A DNA stretch of 64,000 nt from Eledone cirrhosa (taxonomy: Eukaryota). This document shows, piece after piece, positions 1-15,598 of this stretch. Position 1 is the stretch's first letter; each line of letters starts with the position of its first letter. The notes below the pieces were generated by a model. It was not told where the DNA came from, searched no databases, and saw only the letters and a list, made by a program, of their open reading frames with translations. The stretch is taken from contig OZ024743.1 of assembly GCA_964016885.1 (NCBI GenBank), positions 226,920,001 through 226,984,000 on the forward strand, written 5' to 3'. The translations under genes were made by a program, and so were the position numbers.

Positions 1-638
1 GTTTTGTTTTTTTAAATTCTAAACTTTTCCGAAATTTAAAACCTTGTGTTTACTCAAAAAGAAACTTGTAGTTTATTTAGTGCTGTAAAGCAATAGAAAT
101 AAATTTAGTAGGACGGAACTACGGGCTGAAACTTTACCTTTACATTCTATTTATATCAAAATGCTGCTACAAAATATATGAATTTCACATAAACAATTGT
201 CTAGGCTGTTTACTGGCTACAAAATTCTTTTCGATTCGAAATATATTCATCAACAACGACGTGATACCACTGATATGCAAGTCAGGATAATTAAGCATTC
301 ATCAAAATGGTTTACGTAGCTATGATTATTTAAGCATACAAAATGGCTTCTTAAAATAATATGGAGGTCGTCACCTTGAAGAATGTACAGGAAAATCTCT
401 ATTGATTACATCTGTAGCGAAATAATATATGTAAATCCTTCAGAAATTCGAATCGAATAAATCCATCGTTCGAGAAAAGCACTTGGTTACATACATAGTT
501 ACGTCAAGAAATAAATCTCGCAAACTTTATATATTAATCCTTAATCTTTACCTCGGGAAAGAGAGTAAACGTATAAGAAAAAAATAATTGAATAAACACA
601 ATTTTCAAACAAGGCAAACAATAATAATAATAATAATG

Positions 639-682
<44 letters not shown>

Positions 683-684
<2 letters not shown>

Positions 685-805
685 TTTCTTTAATAACCAC
701 AAGGGTTTACATAAAGTAGACATTAAGGACAGTGCAGGACAATGCAGGACGGTACAAATGGGCATTTTTGCGTGTAAAAAACAAAAACAGAGGATGTAAC
801 AAAAA
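683..805 (-). mobile_element. Short 3'-terminal fragment of the Tx1/L1-type LINE, flanked by (AAT)n on both sides
   Basis: Nearly identical to the 3'UTR end at 19249-19375 (gatttcttt...aaccacaagggtttacataaagtagacattaaggacagtgcaggacaatgc); (AAT)n at 620-682 and 805-865. Confidence 0.9.
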
Positions 806-1150
806 ATAATAATAATAATGCTATAACAATAATAATAATAATAATACTAAATATGATAATGATAATAAAAAATGAAACTACATAAAGAAAGTAGTTTTAT
901 TTTCAATTTAACCTATAGCAAAATAATTCTCTTTTGATTGGAAGAACTAAGTAAGCAACATATTTTTATAACCAAGAAGTATTGCTTTGTAGGATATGTA
1001 TGAGGGAAAGGGGGAGAAAGGGGAAATATTGACTTGAAGAGAAAGTGAGAGAAAGGGGAGGAGCAGAAAGAGGAAGTGGATGAGAAGAAATATGAGACAC
1101 TGACGTGGTTACTTACTGGTTGTGGGGATTGCAACGGAAATATACAATAA

Positions 1151-1336
1151 TTGTTTCTACTTTAGGCACAAGGCCAGCAATTACCCAGTACATTACTGGT
1201 ACTTTATTTTATCGACCCCGTAAGGATGAAAGGCAAAGTTAACCTCGGCAGGATTTGAACTCAGATCGTAAAGGGACGTAACTATGCTAGAAAGCATGGC
1301 GTCCAACCCTCTACCGACACTGCCAATTCACCGCCC
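1151..1336 (-). mobile_element. tRNA-derived SINE, full length
   Basis: Minus strand: A-box-like TGGCAGTGTCGG, B-box GTTCAAATCC, conserved body GGTTAACTTTGCCTTTCATCCTTACGGGGTCGATAAAATAAAGTACC, tail CCTTGTGCCTAAAGTAGAAACAATTATT; many copies in the window. Confidence 0.85.
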
Positions 1337-1586
1337 TTTATAATAATGTAGCAATCAGTTACGTCTTCTATGCAAGATTAATAATGTAGATAGCTTACAC
1401 GCATGCGCACACGTAAAACACACGTGGGTGCGTGAATGAGTGTATGTGTGTGTGTGTGTGTGTGTGTGCGTGTGAGTGTGTGTGTGGAGTCTTTGTGAAA
1501 CATTGCTCTTCTTTTCATTTCTGATTGTCTGCTCATCGTTTTGTCTATTTGTCAATCTCCCCGCTCTCTCTCTTTATATATATATA

Positions 1587-4500
1587 CTAGCTGGCTCATC
1601 CCGTTGGCACTCGGCTACCATTGGCGTGTTCTACGGCATCCATATATATATATATATATAACTGACGTACCTAGTTTCATTTGGATAAGCAGACGATAAG
1701 CCGTCTGTGTTATATAGTATTGCTGTTGAAAATATATACTATAGTATGACTGTTGAAAACATATAGTATTACTGTTGAAAATATATAGTAGAGAATAGTA
1801 TTACTGTTGAAAATATATAGTATAGTATCACTGTTGAAAATATATAGTATAGTATTAGTGTTGAAAACATATAGTATACTATTACTGTCAAAAATATATA
1901 GTACAGTATTACAGTTGACAATATATAGTATAGTATTTCTGTTGAAAATATATATTATAATATTACTGTTGAAAACATATAGTATATTGTAGCATTACTG
2001 TTGAAAATATATAGTATAGTACAGTATTACTATTGAAAATATATGGTATTACTGTTGAAAATATACATTACAGTATTACTGTTGAAAATATATAGTATAG
2101 TACAGTATTACTATTGAAAATATATGGTATTACTATTGAAAATATATATTACAGTATTACTGTTGAAAATATATAGTATAGTATTTGTGTTGAAAATATA
2201 TAGTACACTATTACTGTTGAAAATATATAGTATAGTACAGTATTACTGTTGAAAATATATATTATAATATTACTGTTGAAAATATATAGTATATTATAGC
2301 ATTACTGTTGAAAATATATAGTATAGTACAGTATTACTGTTGAAAATATATAGTACAGTATTACTGTTGAAAATATATATTATAGTAATTCTGTTGAACA
2401 TATATAGTATAGTATAACATTACTGTTGAAAATATATAGTATAGTATTACTGTTGAAAATATATAGTATAGTATTACTGTTGAAAATATATAGTATATTA
2501 TTACTGTTGAAAATATATAGTATTGTATAGTATTAATGTTACAAATATATAGTACAGTATTACTGTTGACAATATATATTATAGTAATTCTGTTGAACAT
2601 ATATAGTATAGTATTACTGTTGAAAATATATAGTACAGTACATTATTACTATTGAAAATATATAGTACAGTACTACTCTTGAAAATATATAGTATAGTAT
2701 TACTGTTGAAAATATATATCATGCTATTACTGTTGAAAATATATTGTGCAGTATTACAGTTGAAAATATATAGTATAGTTATTCTGTTGAAATATATAGT
2801 ACAGTATTACTGATTGAAAATATATAGTATAGTACAGTAATACTTTTGAAAATGTATAGTATAGTATTACTGTTGAAAATATATAGTATATTATTACTGT
2901 TGAAAATATATAGTATTGTATAGTATTATTGTGGAAAATATATAGAACAGTATTACTGTTGAAAATATATTATATAGTCCAGTATTACTGTTGAAAATGT
3001 ATATTATAATATTACTGTTGAAAACATATAGTATAGTATAGCATTACTGTTGAAAACATATAATATAGTATAGAATTACTGTTGAAAATATATAGTATAG
3101 TATTACTGCTGAAAATATATAGTATAGTAATACTGTTGAAAATATATAGTATAGTATAATATTACTGTTGAAATATATAGTATAATATTACTGTTGAAAA
3201 TATATAGTATATTATAGCATTACTGTTGAAAATATATAGTATAGTACAGTTTTACTATTGAAAATATATGGTATTACTCTTGAAAATATATAGTACAGTA
3301 TTACTGTTGAAAATATATAGTATAGTATCACTGTTGAAAATATATAGTATATATTACTGTTGAAGACATATAGTATAGTATTACTGTTGAAAATATATAG
3401 TACGGTACTACTCTTGGAAATATATAGTATTACAGTATTACTGTTGAATATATATAGCATACTATTACTGTTGAAAATATATTGTGCAGTATTACAGTTT
3501 AAAATATATAGTATAGTTATTCTGTTGAAAATATATAGTACAGCATTATTGTTGAAAATATATAGTATAGTACAGTATTACTTTTGAAAATATATATTAT
3601 AATATTATTGTTGAAAACATATAGTATATTATAGCATTACTGTTGAAAATATATAGTATTGTACAGTATTACTGTTGCAAATATAGTACAGTATTACTGT
3701 TGAACATATATATTATAGTAGTTCTGTTGAACATATATAGTATACTATAATATTATTGTTCAAAATATATAGTATGTTATTACTGTTGAAAATATATAGT
3801 ATTGTATTACTATTAAAAATATATAGCATATTAATGCTAAAAATATATATATATTACTGTTGTAAATATGTAGTACTGTACAGTATTACTGTTGAAAATA
3901 TATCAGACAGTTCAGTATTACTGTTGAAAATATATAGTACAGTACTACTGTTGAAAATATATAGTATAGTATTACTGTTGAAAATATATAGTATAGTACA
4001 GTATTACTCTCGAACATATATAGTATTACTGTTGAAAATATATAGTATAGAATTACTGTTGCAAATATATAGTATTGTATAGTATTAATGTTGAAAATAT
4101 ATAGTATATTATTACTGTTGAAAATATATGGTATAGTATTACTGTTGAAAATATATAGTACAGTACTACTGTTGAAAATATATAGTATAGTATTACTGTT
4201 GAAAATATATAGTATACTATTACTGTTGAAAATATATAGTACAGTATTACAGTTGAAAATATATAGTATAGTATTTCTGTTGAAAATATATAGTATAGTA
4301 CATTATTACTGTTGAAAATATATATTATAATATTACTGTTGAAAACATATAGTATATTATAGGATTACCGTTGAAAATATATAGTATAATACAGTATTAC
4401 TGTTGGAAATATATGGTATTACTGTTGAAAATATATAGTATAGTACAGTATTACTGTTGAAAATATATATTATAATATTACTGTTGAAAACATATAGTAT

Positions 4501-5255
4501 ATTATAGCATTACTGTTGAAAATATATAGTATAGTACAGTATTATTGTTGAAAATATATATTATAATATTACTGTTGAAAATATATAGTATATTATAGCA
4601 TTACTGTTGAAAATATATAGTATAGTACAGTATTACTGTTGAAAATATATAGTAGAGTATTACTGTTGAAAATATATATTATAGTAATTCTGTTGAAAAT
4701 ATATAGTATTGTATAGTATTAATGTTGAAAATATATAGTATAGCATTACTGTTGACAATATATGGTAGAGTACAATATTACTGTTGAAAATATATAGTAC
4801 AGTACTACTGTTGAAAATATATAGTGTAGTACAGTATTACTGTTGAAAATATATAGTATAGTATTACTGTTGAAAATATGTACAGGAATATTTAATTATA
4901 TATATATATAATTAATTAAAAGTTGGTTAGATGCGAAGTCAATGCAGACAGGTAGCCATACAGACAGATATTATAAACGCGCGACGTTATAGTTATTCTA
5001 TCTATCTAAAAAGACAGTGTAAGAAATGAAGAGGAATGTCGTATCATATATATTATAGATAATAAAATACCAGTAATGTAGTCAGCTTTATTAATATAGA
5101 TAGAGATTGACAATATACATAGAAATTTAATCCATGATACATTAAAAAATTTGATACATGGAAAAAGTTACAACTATGTTGCAAATTTGGTGCTGTTTGG
5201 TCCAGCCGTTTTACCAAAGTTTGTTACATGCATACAGCCGTCAGCTTTATTAATA
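1587..5255 (-). mobile_element. Putative non-autonomous Helitron, or stacked Helitron pieces, spanning the minisatellite
   Basis: Minus-strand end ...CCGAGTGCCAACGGGATGAGCCAGCTAG|T at 1587; minus-strand 5'-like ends TCTATCTATATTAATAAAGCTGAC (~5104) and TATATTAATAAAGCTGACGG (~5255); 4941-4975 is the reverse complement of 36598-36633 inside the plus-strand Helitron. Confidence 0.5.
1716..4880. repeat. Minisatellite array, ~27-32 bp unit (TATTACTGTTGAAAATATATAGTA(TAG/CAG))n
   Basis: Directly visible; variable 5-nt sub-units (tagta/cagta) change the unit length; source of the LLKIYSI and YYIFSTVIL pseudo-ORFs. Confidence 0.97.
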
Positions 5256-5257
5256 TA

Positions 5258-5320
<63 letters not shown>

Positions 5321-5323
<3 letters not shown>

Positions 5324-6468
5324 AGAGAGTATTGAAGTTTGCTTGAAGCATTGTGGAATAATAAGGTAAATTTCTTTAAGTCGTTTGGAAGCCTCGACAA
5401 TGCAGATGGGTGAAGATGGTAACAAGATCCGGTGGTGGAGAGAGTGATGTAAGTGGGTGTACGTTGAGATGCGTGGCGTGTAAAAGACTGTAGCGTGTAG
5501 AAGAATGTAGGCAAGAGCGTAAAGGATAAAAATAAAAATAGAAACACGAGATAGAGTTACCTTGGGAGAGATTTAATTGTCCCTATATATTTCGGTTTCA
5601 CATACATCAACTGCGGGGTTTTTTCCGGCGGGGAGGGGGGGGGGGGTTGTCTGTCGGAAAGGTGCGAAACTTGTCCTCCCCTATTCGTTGTTTTGAATAT
5701 CTGAGGTATTCAGCAGAGCGCGCGTGCGCGTGAAATGTGGTCGGTCAAGCAGAGGTCAGCGGCAGAAATAGTTCTTTCAATTGTGGGAGTGGGGTGGCGC
5801 TAACTGTCAGTCCATAGTATCCTCTGTCTGTTTGGTGAATGTTACTGTGTGTGTATGTGTGCGTGTGTTGTTGTCTAGCTTGAGTGTGTGTGTGTGCGTG
5901 CGTGTGTTGTTGCCTTGTTCTTGTTCCTCTGTATTGGCAGTGTAGTATGTTCGTATGGTGGAATGCTACTCTGTGTGTGTGTGTGTGTGTGTGTGTATGT
6001 GAGCGTGTGTTGCTGTCTCGCTTGTGTGTGTGTGTTCGTGTGTTGCTGCATCGTTTGTTAACTTAAACCAACCACCTCATTTCGCTTCTCTCGGATTGGT
6101 TGTTTAATTGTGGCCCTAGGCGTTTGATCCAAAGTGCTTCCTTGATACGTAATGTGCCGACGTTTCTTTCTGTCGTAAAATATTGACAATGGGACTTCTG
6201 TCTTTGTTTCCGCATTTGGCTATGTGTTTCCGGAAAGACCAGGCCCTGGTGTTAGTGTGCTCCTTGATCCGGATGTGCAGCGGCCGGATTGTGCTACCTA
6301 TATAGTATTGGTTGCACTTGTTAAATTCTATCTTATACACGACGTATGTGCGTAGACAACAATTCGCATGGCGCATCGGGCAGTCTCTGAGGGAGCACGC
6401 GTCAGTTGATTTCCCGGGTTTCCTGGAGAGGCATCTTCGCAGGGAGGGGCCCGAGTGGGCCAGGTGGA
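5321..6468 (-). mobile_element. Penelope-like element 3' remnant with degenerate GIY-YIG endonuclease
   Basis: ORF 6116-6484(-) contains YVVYKIEFNKCNQYYIGSTIRPLHIRIKEH (GIY-YIG with R..R..EH); both ends abut (TA)n; tail resembles the tail at 13190-13230. Confidence 0.75.
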
Positions 6469-6480
6469 TATATATATATA

Positions 6481-6794
<314 letters not shown>

Positions 6795-7859
6795 TGCGTG
6801 TATGTGTATTCTCTAGATTTACCTCTACCTATCTTTATTTGTTTTCTTCGACACAACGGTGACCTGTACCTTCAAAGACGTGTCCCTGAAATTTCCGTTT
6901 CCGAAAGATATAATGAAAACAATTCGACCCGTAACTCTTTATATCAAAGCTACTAATTTAGCATCTTGCACTGCATTCCATAAGTTAAACATATTGTATT
7001 AAGAGTCTTTTGAGAGGTATAACCGGTGCCATAGGTTCAAAAGTGCTGGTTTAAAGCTATAAAATCACGATAGTTGAGTGCGTTGTTTATGGAAATAATT
7101 CTTTGCCGATGTGAAAATATGAGAAAATCCAACTTCTTTAGCACATTTTCTGATACTCTACCCGTATCAAGTCAGCATTTACTGCAGCACGGTCCTTCAG
7201 TTAGTCATTTTGTTGGTGGCGCTGTTATTATCATTTCTGGTTTTTGAGAGACAACACTGATTAAATGAACATATGATAATTATGTTTCTGTTTCTGTTTT
7301 TGATATTTGAGACTAACAGTTTTCACATTGTTAAATTTAAAAAAAAAACATTCAAGATGATAGCATGTGATTAGAGGCAAAATAACTGCTATTCCAAGCA
7401 GATCCAGTGACCGCTTAGAGTCACTTAGGTTTATTAGTTAGATATCTACATAATGATAGAGTAAAACAAATGAAATAAAATAGAATAAAATATAGAAATC
7501 TCTTAAAAACATAAAAGTAATGTTATTATGTTAGGAGCGATTAAAAGCCCCATTTAATGTTCTCCCAGATTAATTAACATGAGTTACTCACGCCCAACAT
7601 TCCATTAATATATGTGACTTTTTCTAGAGCAAGCCAAAGGCAAACAACATTCGAGGTCGACAGACAAATTCCCCAAAGAAATATCCAAAGAGTAGTAAAT
7701 GATAGAAAAAAAATATATTAAGAAAAAAATGAAATAACAAACCAGTCAGAGATAAGCAAGCCTCTATAAAATAAAAATATAACAAATAACAGATGTAAAT
7801 TTAATTTTTCTCTCCGATAAATCGATCTCACAGTCTTTATATATCTAGAGAGAGACAGC

Positions 7860-7863
7860 GTGT

Positions 7864-7951
<88 letters not shown>

Positions 7952-7967
7952 GTGTGTGTGTGTGTGA

Positions 7968-8024
<57 letters not shown>

Positions 8025-8278
8025 TTTTCTCTCTCTCTTAATGTCTCTTTCCTCTCCCTCACCCTCTCTCAGTAGGACACCAAATGTTATTTGATATTAC
8101 ATAAAAGCTGAAATATCAATAAATAAATGATCACGGAAATCTAACACACACACACACATCTACACATACACACACACACATATATAGATATATAATAATA
8201 ATATTATACATATATATCTACATATATCTATATATACATATATATATATATACATATGTCTATATGTATATATATATG

Positions 8279-8376
<98 letters not shown>

Positions 8377-8506
8377 CATATACATATGTGTGTGTGTTTA
8401 TATTTATACATACATTCATATGCATATATATATATATATATGTGTACATGCCCGTGGGTGGCTGTGTATTTTTTTCTCTCAATCTTTCTCCCTCTTTTCC
8501 TTCTTG

Positions 8507-8543
<37 letters not shown>

Positions 8544-8544
8544 A

Positions 8545-8575
<31 letters not shown>

Positions 8576-8600
8576 CCCTCTCCCTCTCTCCCTCTCTATT
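7860..8600. repeat. Compound (TA)n/(TG)n/(CA)n/(CT)n microsatellite cluster
   Basis: Direct observation; explains YIYI, CVCV and SLSL ORFs. Confidence 0.95.
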
Positions 8601-8917
8601 CTTCTCTTCCTCCCTAATTCTCTGTTTGGCTTTTCATTGCCAAATATTCATGGTCTTGTTATTTCTCCCTTCTTTGCATTCACCCTTTATTTATTTATTT
8701 ATTTATTTATTTATTGATGATGAGGCGGATTCACTGAACCTATATCGAACCCTTAATATCCTTTCATGACACGCATGGTAGCAAAGGCAGCTTCCAATAC
8801 TCTAAAGCATAATTTTGTTGTCACAACGCTTCAGTGATACACAAATCGGTTTCAGATGCTTGCCTTCAGCATTCCCCAGAGATAGGCTTGCTTTCCAGCA
8901 TTCTTGTCTCTCAGTAC

Positions 8918-9560
8918 ATATGTGTGCCTATGCGTGTCACTGTGTATGTGTGTATGTTTGTGCGTACATATGTGTGTTTGTTTGTGTGTATGTGTGTATG
9001 ACTGTGTGTTTGTATGAGTGTGAGTGTTTGTATGAGTGTTTGTGTATGCTTTTGTGTGTGTGTATGTGTGTGTGTGTGTGTGCATGCATGTGCATGTATG
9101 TGCGCCCCTTATGATAAGATCACAAGCAAGGGCGTGAGTGTTTGTTCGGGTGTTTGTGTGCATATATGTGTATGTTTTTATATCCGTGCACGTACGATTA
9201 TGTGTGTGCATGTATGTTCGCAAGCAAGTGCGTGTGCGCATGTGCGTGTTTATATGCATGTATGATTGTTTTTGTGTATTTATATAAGTTCATAAGCATG
9301 TGTGAGTGTGCGTGTTCGTGCACGTATGATTGTTTGTTTGTGTGTTTATATAAGATCACAAGCAAATTCGCGCACACGTGTGTGGTCGTGCGTGCGCATT
9401 TGCATGTGTCTCGAATACAAATGAGTGGTTATGTTCCTGTGTAGGTGTGTGCGTGTTTGTGTGTCGTGAAGCATGGGCATGTTTGTGCAAGGGCACATGA
9501 TTATATATGCGTATGTAAGCATGTGAGTGTGTGTGTGTGTGTGTGTGAGTGAGTGAGTGA

Positions 9561-9599
<39 letters not shown>

Positions 9600-9640
9600 T
9601 GTGTGTGTGTGTGTGTGAGTGTGTGTGGGTGTGTGCATAT
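8918..9640. repeat. Degenerate (TG)n low-complexity tract with internal repeats
   Basis: TG-rich; ataagatcacaagcaa recurs at ~9113 and ~9350. Confidence 0.85.
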
Positions 9641-10669
9641 TTTATAATTTAAGGACTTTAGAATGTGTGTTAGTGTGAGCAAAAGTGTTATAGAAATAGA
9701 GATGAGAATTGAATTATAGGTCATATCAAATTGGCCCTGGACACTGTGTAGATTCCTTTATTTTGTACTAAAATACAATGTTAGATTATTGACCACCAGG
9801 GAGGAGAAGAAAACATTTTAATCCTAGATGCCACTCCCATTATACAGTTGAATGATTAGTGATATAAAGGGCATCCATCTGTAGAAAACGTACTGGCTCC
9901 AACAGGATAAGAATATGCACATGTTCTGAAATGTACAGAAACTGCACAATGTCATCTGCGTTAAGTATGAAAACATTTACTGTAAAAGTAGACAATATAT
10001 AAACTTAATCATCAAGTTAGATATAAAATGGCTGTTTTATATAACTGAATAAATGAAAAGTGGATTTTTTTATAATTAGGGAAATGTTCAACTAGTGAAC
10101 TATATGAGGAAAATAAATGCTCTCACATTTGACTAGTATCATAAGTCAAGTGTTGCAGTGGCTTATTAAATGCCTCCCTATTTGTTCCTGCATAATGAGT
10201 TCAAATCTTACTAAAATCACCTTCGCCTTTAATTTTTTTCACGGTCGATAAAATAGTGCCAATGCAGGAATTGGATGGATTGGTGGAATTGCTAAAATTG
10301 TTAGACGAGAAATTTTGCGGTATCTGCCCCGTCTATGTCTGTTTTGTGACTCAAATTCTGTTTCCTGTCACCAGAAAAGCGTTGACGATTTTACCAGCAG
10401 TTGTGTTCAATAGATAGCTTCGACAATTGAAGGAACAATGGAAAGATTCTCCGGTCGCATCTTCTGATTGTCACTTTTATATAATCTAAGTGTTTGAAAA
10501 AATTATATAATGCAATGTGTATCAAAGTAAAGCTGGTAAATGTTATCCCACTATCTCAAAGAGATAGTCACAACTAAAAGATTTTGAAATAAGTATAATC
10601 AAGTAAGATTAAATCAAGTTAAACAACATATTATGGAGTATCTACCAGTTTAGTAAACCTTTTAGATAA

Positions 10670-10842
10670 TTGTTTCTACTTTTGGCACAAGGCCAGCAAT
10701 TATACCAGAAAATTACCGGTACATTATTTTATCGACCCCGTAAGGATGAAAGGCAAAGTTGACCTCGGCGGGATTTGAAACCAGACCGCAAAGGGCCGTA
10801 ACTATATGCTGCAAAGCATGGCGTCAGACCCTCTACCAATAC
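10670..10842 (-). mobile_element. tRNA-derived SINE, same family
   Basis: ttgtttctactttggcacaaggccagcaatt...atcgaccccgtaaggatgaaaggcaaagttgacctcggcgggatttgaa. Confidence 0.85.
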
Positions 10843-12700
10843 ACCTCGTAGATAATGCACCCATATCTTCTTCGTAGCACAACAGGTACTGCGTCTTCTG
10901 TCTAGTTAGATAACTGTAGATTAACCATCATATCCAAAGAAAAGGTTGCAGAGTGTTAGGAAATAGAGACTTTGACGTTAATATCTCACGGTAAAAGTAT
11001 TTACAGAACAAAAGAAATAATTACAACTGAATCGATCCTAGGTCGTAAAATCGGTTTGTCAGTAATATATCACATACCTAAACTACGTCGCTCGCCGTAT
11101 CAATCTCTTAATGATCTTTTAATGAGATCAGCCAATGTCGACTTGCAATGTTTTATTCAAATAAAAGCATTCGTTATTTTATTTTATGTATGTATGAATA
11201 GATAGAAATTACGGTTACGTAATTCCTTTAGGGAGTTGCAGGCAAATACACCGTTCATCTAGAGAAGTGTTTATTGAATAGAGACAAAGAGAACTAATAT
11301 AAATGAATCGATAACTTATACCGGTCTCACGTGGGAGATGTTGAGCTGTTGAGCTAAATACGATAGTGCTGCCTTGTAAACAGAACCACAGAGAGTATGT
11401 AGTTAGAAAACAACAACAACTGCAACAACAATAATATTAGTTTACTATCGTGAACTAGATAACAGATGTTATGAAATTAAGGATGTGTAGATCGTTTAGT
11501 CGGTGGTTGATGTGAAATCCTTCTTTGTCAATAGATGAACATAATTTCTAAGTTATTCGCTGATGTCAATGAGAGGTGATCGATATCATTTAATGTTTTT
11601 GATCAATTATACAACAATCACTTCGGCCATAACAGACAGCCAATCTCCAGAACTGTAATCTAGATTTAATGCAAAGATAATACCTAAGTGAGGTGAACAG
11701 GACGTTGGTTAGAGGGCTGAATGCAATGCAAATTCCCACGACTCATAGGATGTAGCTTTTACTAGGATCTTTAAAATAATTCAACTGAAGTCTATGAACA
11801 CTATCTTGTGTCTATAGCCTGGAATGTGGAGCTAATCAAAGTGCATGTACATCTTTGTAGATGAGGTAGGTTGCATCATAACTCAGTAGGTATTTTGAGT
11901 CTTTCAATACCGTACACCGTTACCCAAGCAAACAAGCGATCGTTTATCAGGCCCCGACTTAGTCCCGGCAGCAAACAGCCAATAATCAATCCTGTTAATC
12001 CAAAGTTACCTAGGATTCACTCGTGCATTGAATGGTCCTTCTCTTCCCCAGGTCTAACTAAAATTTGAATCTCTCATAATGACGTCTTTCTACTATCGAG
12101 ATGAAATATGTCAATGAACTTGGGCTGTGATAGAAGTATCCACAGTTATATTCTCTGTTTTTACTGTTCTACATCAATATCCCGACATTCTTGCTCCGCG
12201 TTCTATGATTAACACTAAAGAGGTTTAGCTGGCCTCTCATGAGTTTTCACCAGAGTTTTCACCGAATCTCATCACCATGAATTGGGTATGGTTATAAATT
12301 AAAGTTTGAGCATTAGAAGCGTTGCAGCATTCAATTCTCCTATAGGGTTTAAATTCCTAAATCACGAGTTGACTTTTGCACACACGGCAGTATATTCTTT
12401 TGACTCATTTAAAGAAATCGAGAAAGCGTTTGAATATAAGTTTGAAAGCAGAAGCAATCGAAGCAAGTTCCAGCTAGTTCCTGTTAACAGAATCTCCATG
12501 CGGTTTAAATACAAAACCAGTCTCCAATATCGAAATGGCTAAATGTAAGTAGAAGGTTATCCAGGGAATTATGACCAGCAAGCGGCGTGGCCCACTTAGA
12601 GTGTATGCAGTAAAGGACCGAAACACTTGCTTGAAGGAGTTTCTTCTCTGAGGACGTGCTTTCCAGCTCTCTGGAGGGTTTCTTACTATTATTATTATAG

Positions 12701-12767
<67 letters not shown>

Positions 12768-13187
12768 CACACACGCACACCCATATACACATAAACACAC
12801 ACTTATGTATATATATATGTGTGTGTGTGTGTGAGTAGATACTAGTACGCAACAGATGTGAGTTACCATGAAGATAATAATAGCGTTGTCAACAACTCTG
12901 CACACCAAGCAGCATACAATAGGTGACTTCCTATGGAGTCTGTAGAATAGAAAATAAAGTAAATACTTACCAAATATTTCACGCTTTTATTGACTCTCCT
13001 CTTACCTCACCAAGATGCTATATTCAATATTCAATTGCTTGGAAACTAGAAGAGAATTAAAAACATAAAAACCTGACAAGAAAAATTGTAATAGTTAAGA
13101 ATCAGCCTGACAATATAATATCAGACCCAATGAAAATATTTGTGGTGTGGTTCCTATGTATATATGTATATAAACATACATATATAT

Positions 13188-13674
<487 letters not shown>

Positions 13675-13719
13675 TGTGTTTGTTTATACATATATATATA
13701 TATATATTTCTAACACACA

Positions 13720-13766
<47 letters not shown>

Positions 13767-14439
13767 ATATGTATATATATGTATATATACACACACACAC
13801 ATATATATATATATATGCGTGTGTGTTTGTGTGTGTGTAGATAGATAGATTGATAGATATTAATGTATACTTAAGTGCAAGTGTATATTTACACCTTTGC
13901 GTATTTTGTATGTGTGATGTTTGTATTGAATAGTGTTTTATAATGAGAAGGTGACATATTTTAAACAAAGCACTTCTTGAAACCTTCTTATAAGACTATA
14001 TAGACGTTAGTAAATACCTATCCATATGTCTGTTCATTAGCCCAATTAAAAATATATTACTATTGCTGCGAACCTACCTATATTCACACATCACGTACCT
14101 CGATTACTATGTAATTAAGAATAAAACATCTATTGGAATATATTAGTGTCTATAAGCGAGCTATTTTTTTTCCTTTTATTTTCATGTAATGACTTGATTA
14201 TTTATTACTTGTGGAAACGAGTTGTGGTCTAGTTCGATTCATGAGGTTGACATGTGTCACTTGCATTTGACTTTGTCATATTCTAGTAAAGGATTTTGAA
14301 GTGCGCACGTACGGGCAAACATATAATTCATAATGCAGGAAGTCAAATCCAGAAGCGGTTTAGAGGGGAAGAATAGCTAATGAAAGAGATGGCTAGAGAA
14401 AGTTGTGAAGCAAGTTTATCATGAGTTTTTACTAATTTA

Positions 14440-14600
14440 GGCTCAAAATCATCAATATCTTTTAGCTATGGGTGGATGTGGTTTGATTAAACCAACCTTT
14501 GTACATGCATACTACTTTATTTTCTCGATCCCAAAAGGATGACAAACTAAATTGATGTCGTAGGGATTTGAACCCAGAACGTAATGAGTTATAACTGAAA
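14440..14600 (-). mobile_element. Degenerate SINE copy
   Basis: tactttattttctcgatcccaaaaggatgacaaactaaattgatgtcgtagggatttgaacccagaac. Confidence 0.65.
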
Positions 14601-14675
14601 CTGATAGTTTTTGTCACAACAATTAGTCCTTAGAATTGTATAATAGAAAAATGAGTTCATTTGTGGATTAAATAT

Positions 14676-14709
14676 TCTGACGTTTCGGACAATTGTCCTT
14701 TGTCAGAGA
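14676..14709 (-). ncRNA. Minimal hammerhead ribozyme motif with one core substitution, Penelope-type
   Basis: Minus strand TCT-CTGACAA-A-GGAC.AATT.GTCC-GAAAC-GTC-AGA: stems I and II and the GUC site are intact, core reads CUGACAA instead of CUGACGA. Confidence 0.6.
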
Positions 14710-15253
14710 GTGAGGAAAATACAGAAAGTGATGGTCTCTATTCAATCATCCCGACCACTGAACTCATCGACCTGTTATAAGATTCTTCTATTACCTATAA
14801 GGAAAGAACAGATTAGCCACATATATTTTGTTATTTGAGAGACAAATATAAACGAATATGTTCAAGTGGAATTTCTCACCAATTTCTCAACCCATTAAAA
14901 ATCTATTGTGTCTGGGTAACCAAAAATGAAAAAAATAAAATTATTATTAGTTTTATTTTTCCGATATTGTGTAAAAGTTGCTTTCTGAAAGGGTGTAAAA
15001 AATATGAAAATGCAACTGAGTCAAATTTTTAGTTCCACGCAATAATAAATTTTGACTGAGTTCCAAATGTCTTGAGGATAAAAACACACAACACAACTAA
15101 AGAAAATAGTATTTGAAATGTTCTATTTCTCTGTCTCCCTGTCTCGCTTTCTTTCTTGCTCTCTTTTTCACTTCTTTCGACATGAATAAATTTCGGCATG
15201 ATGAATCTTTTTGTTAATAACCTCAAACAAAAACAGACGGAATAAATAGTTAG

Positions 15254-15598
<345 letters not shown>

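Noticed and set aside
1151-1336. tRNA gene
   Set aside because: Only A/B-box-like motifs with no complete cloverleaf; attached to a SINE body and tail.
1716-4880. CRISPR-like array or repetitive protein (LLKIYSI ORFs)
   Set aside because: No unique spacers, no cas genes, eukaryotic context; the ORFs are short translations of the repeat on both strands.
10972-12542. Host gene exons in the unique-looking sequence (also 51.4-51.9 kb and 56.5-58.1 kb)
   Set aside because: Short ORFs with no recognisable motif or convincing splice pairing; small exons cannot be excluded without RNA-seq.
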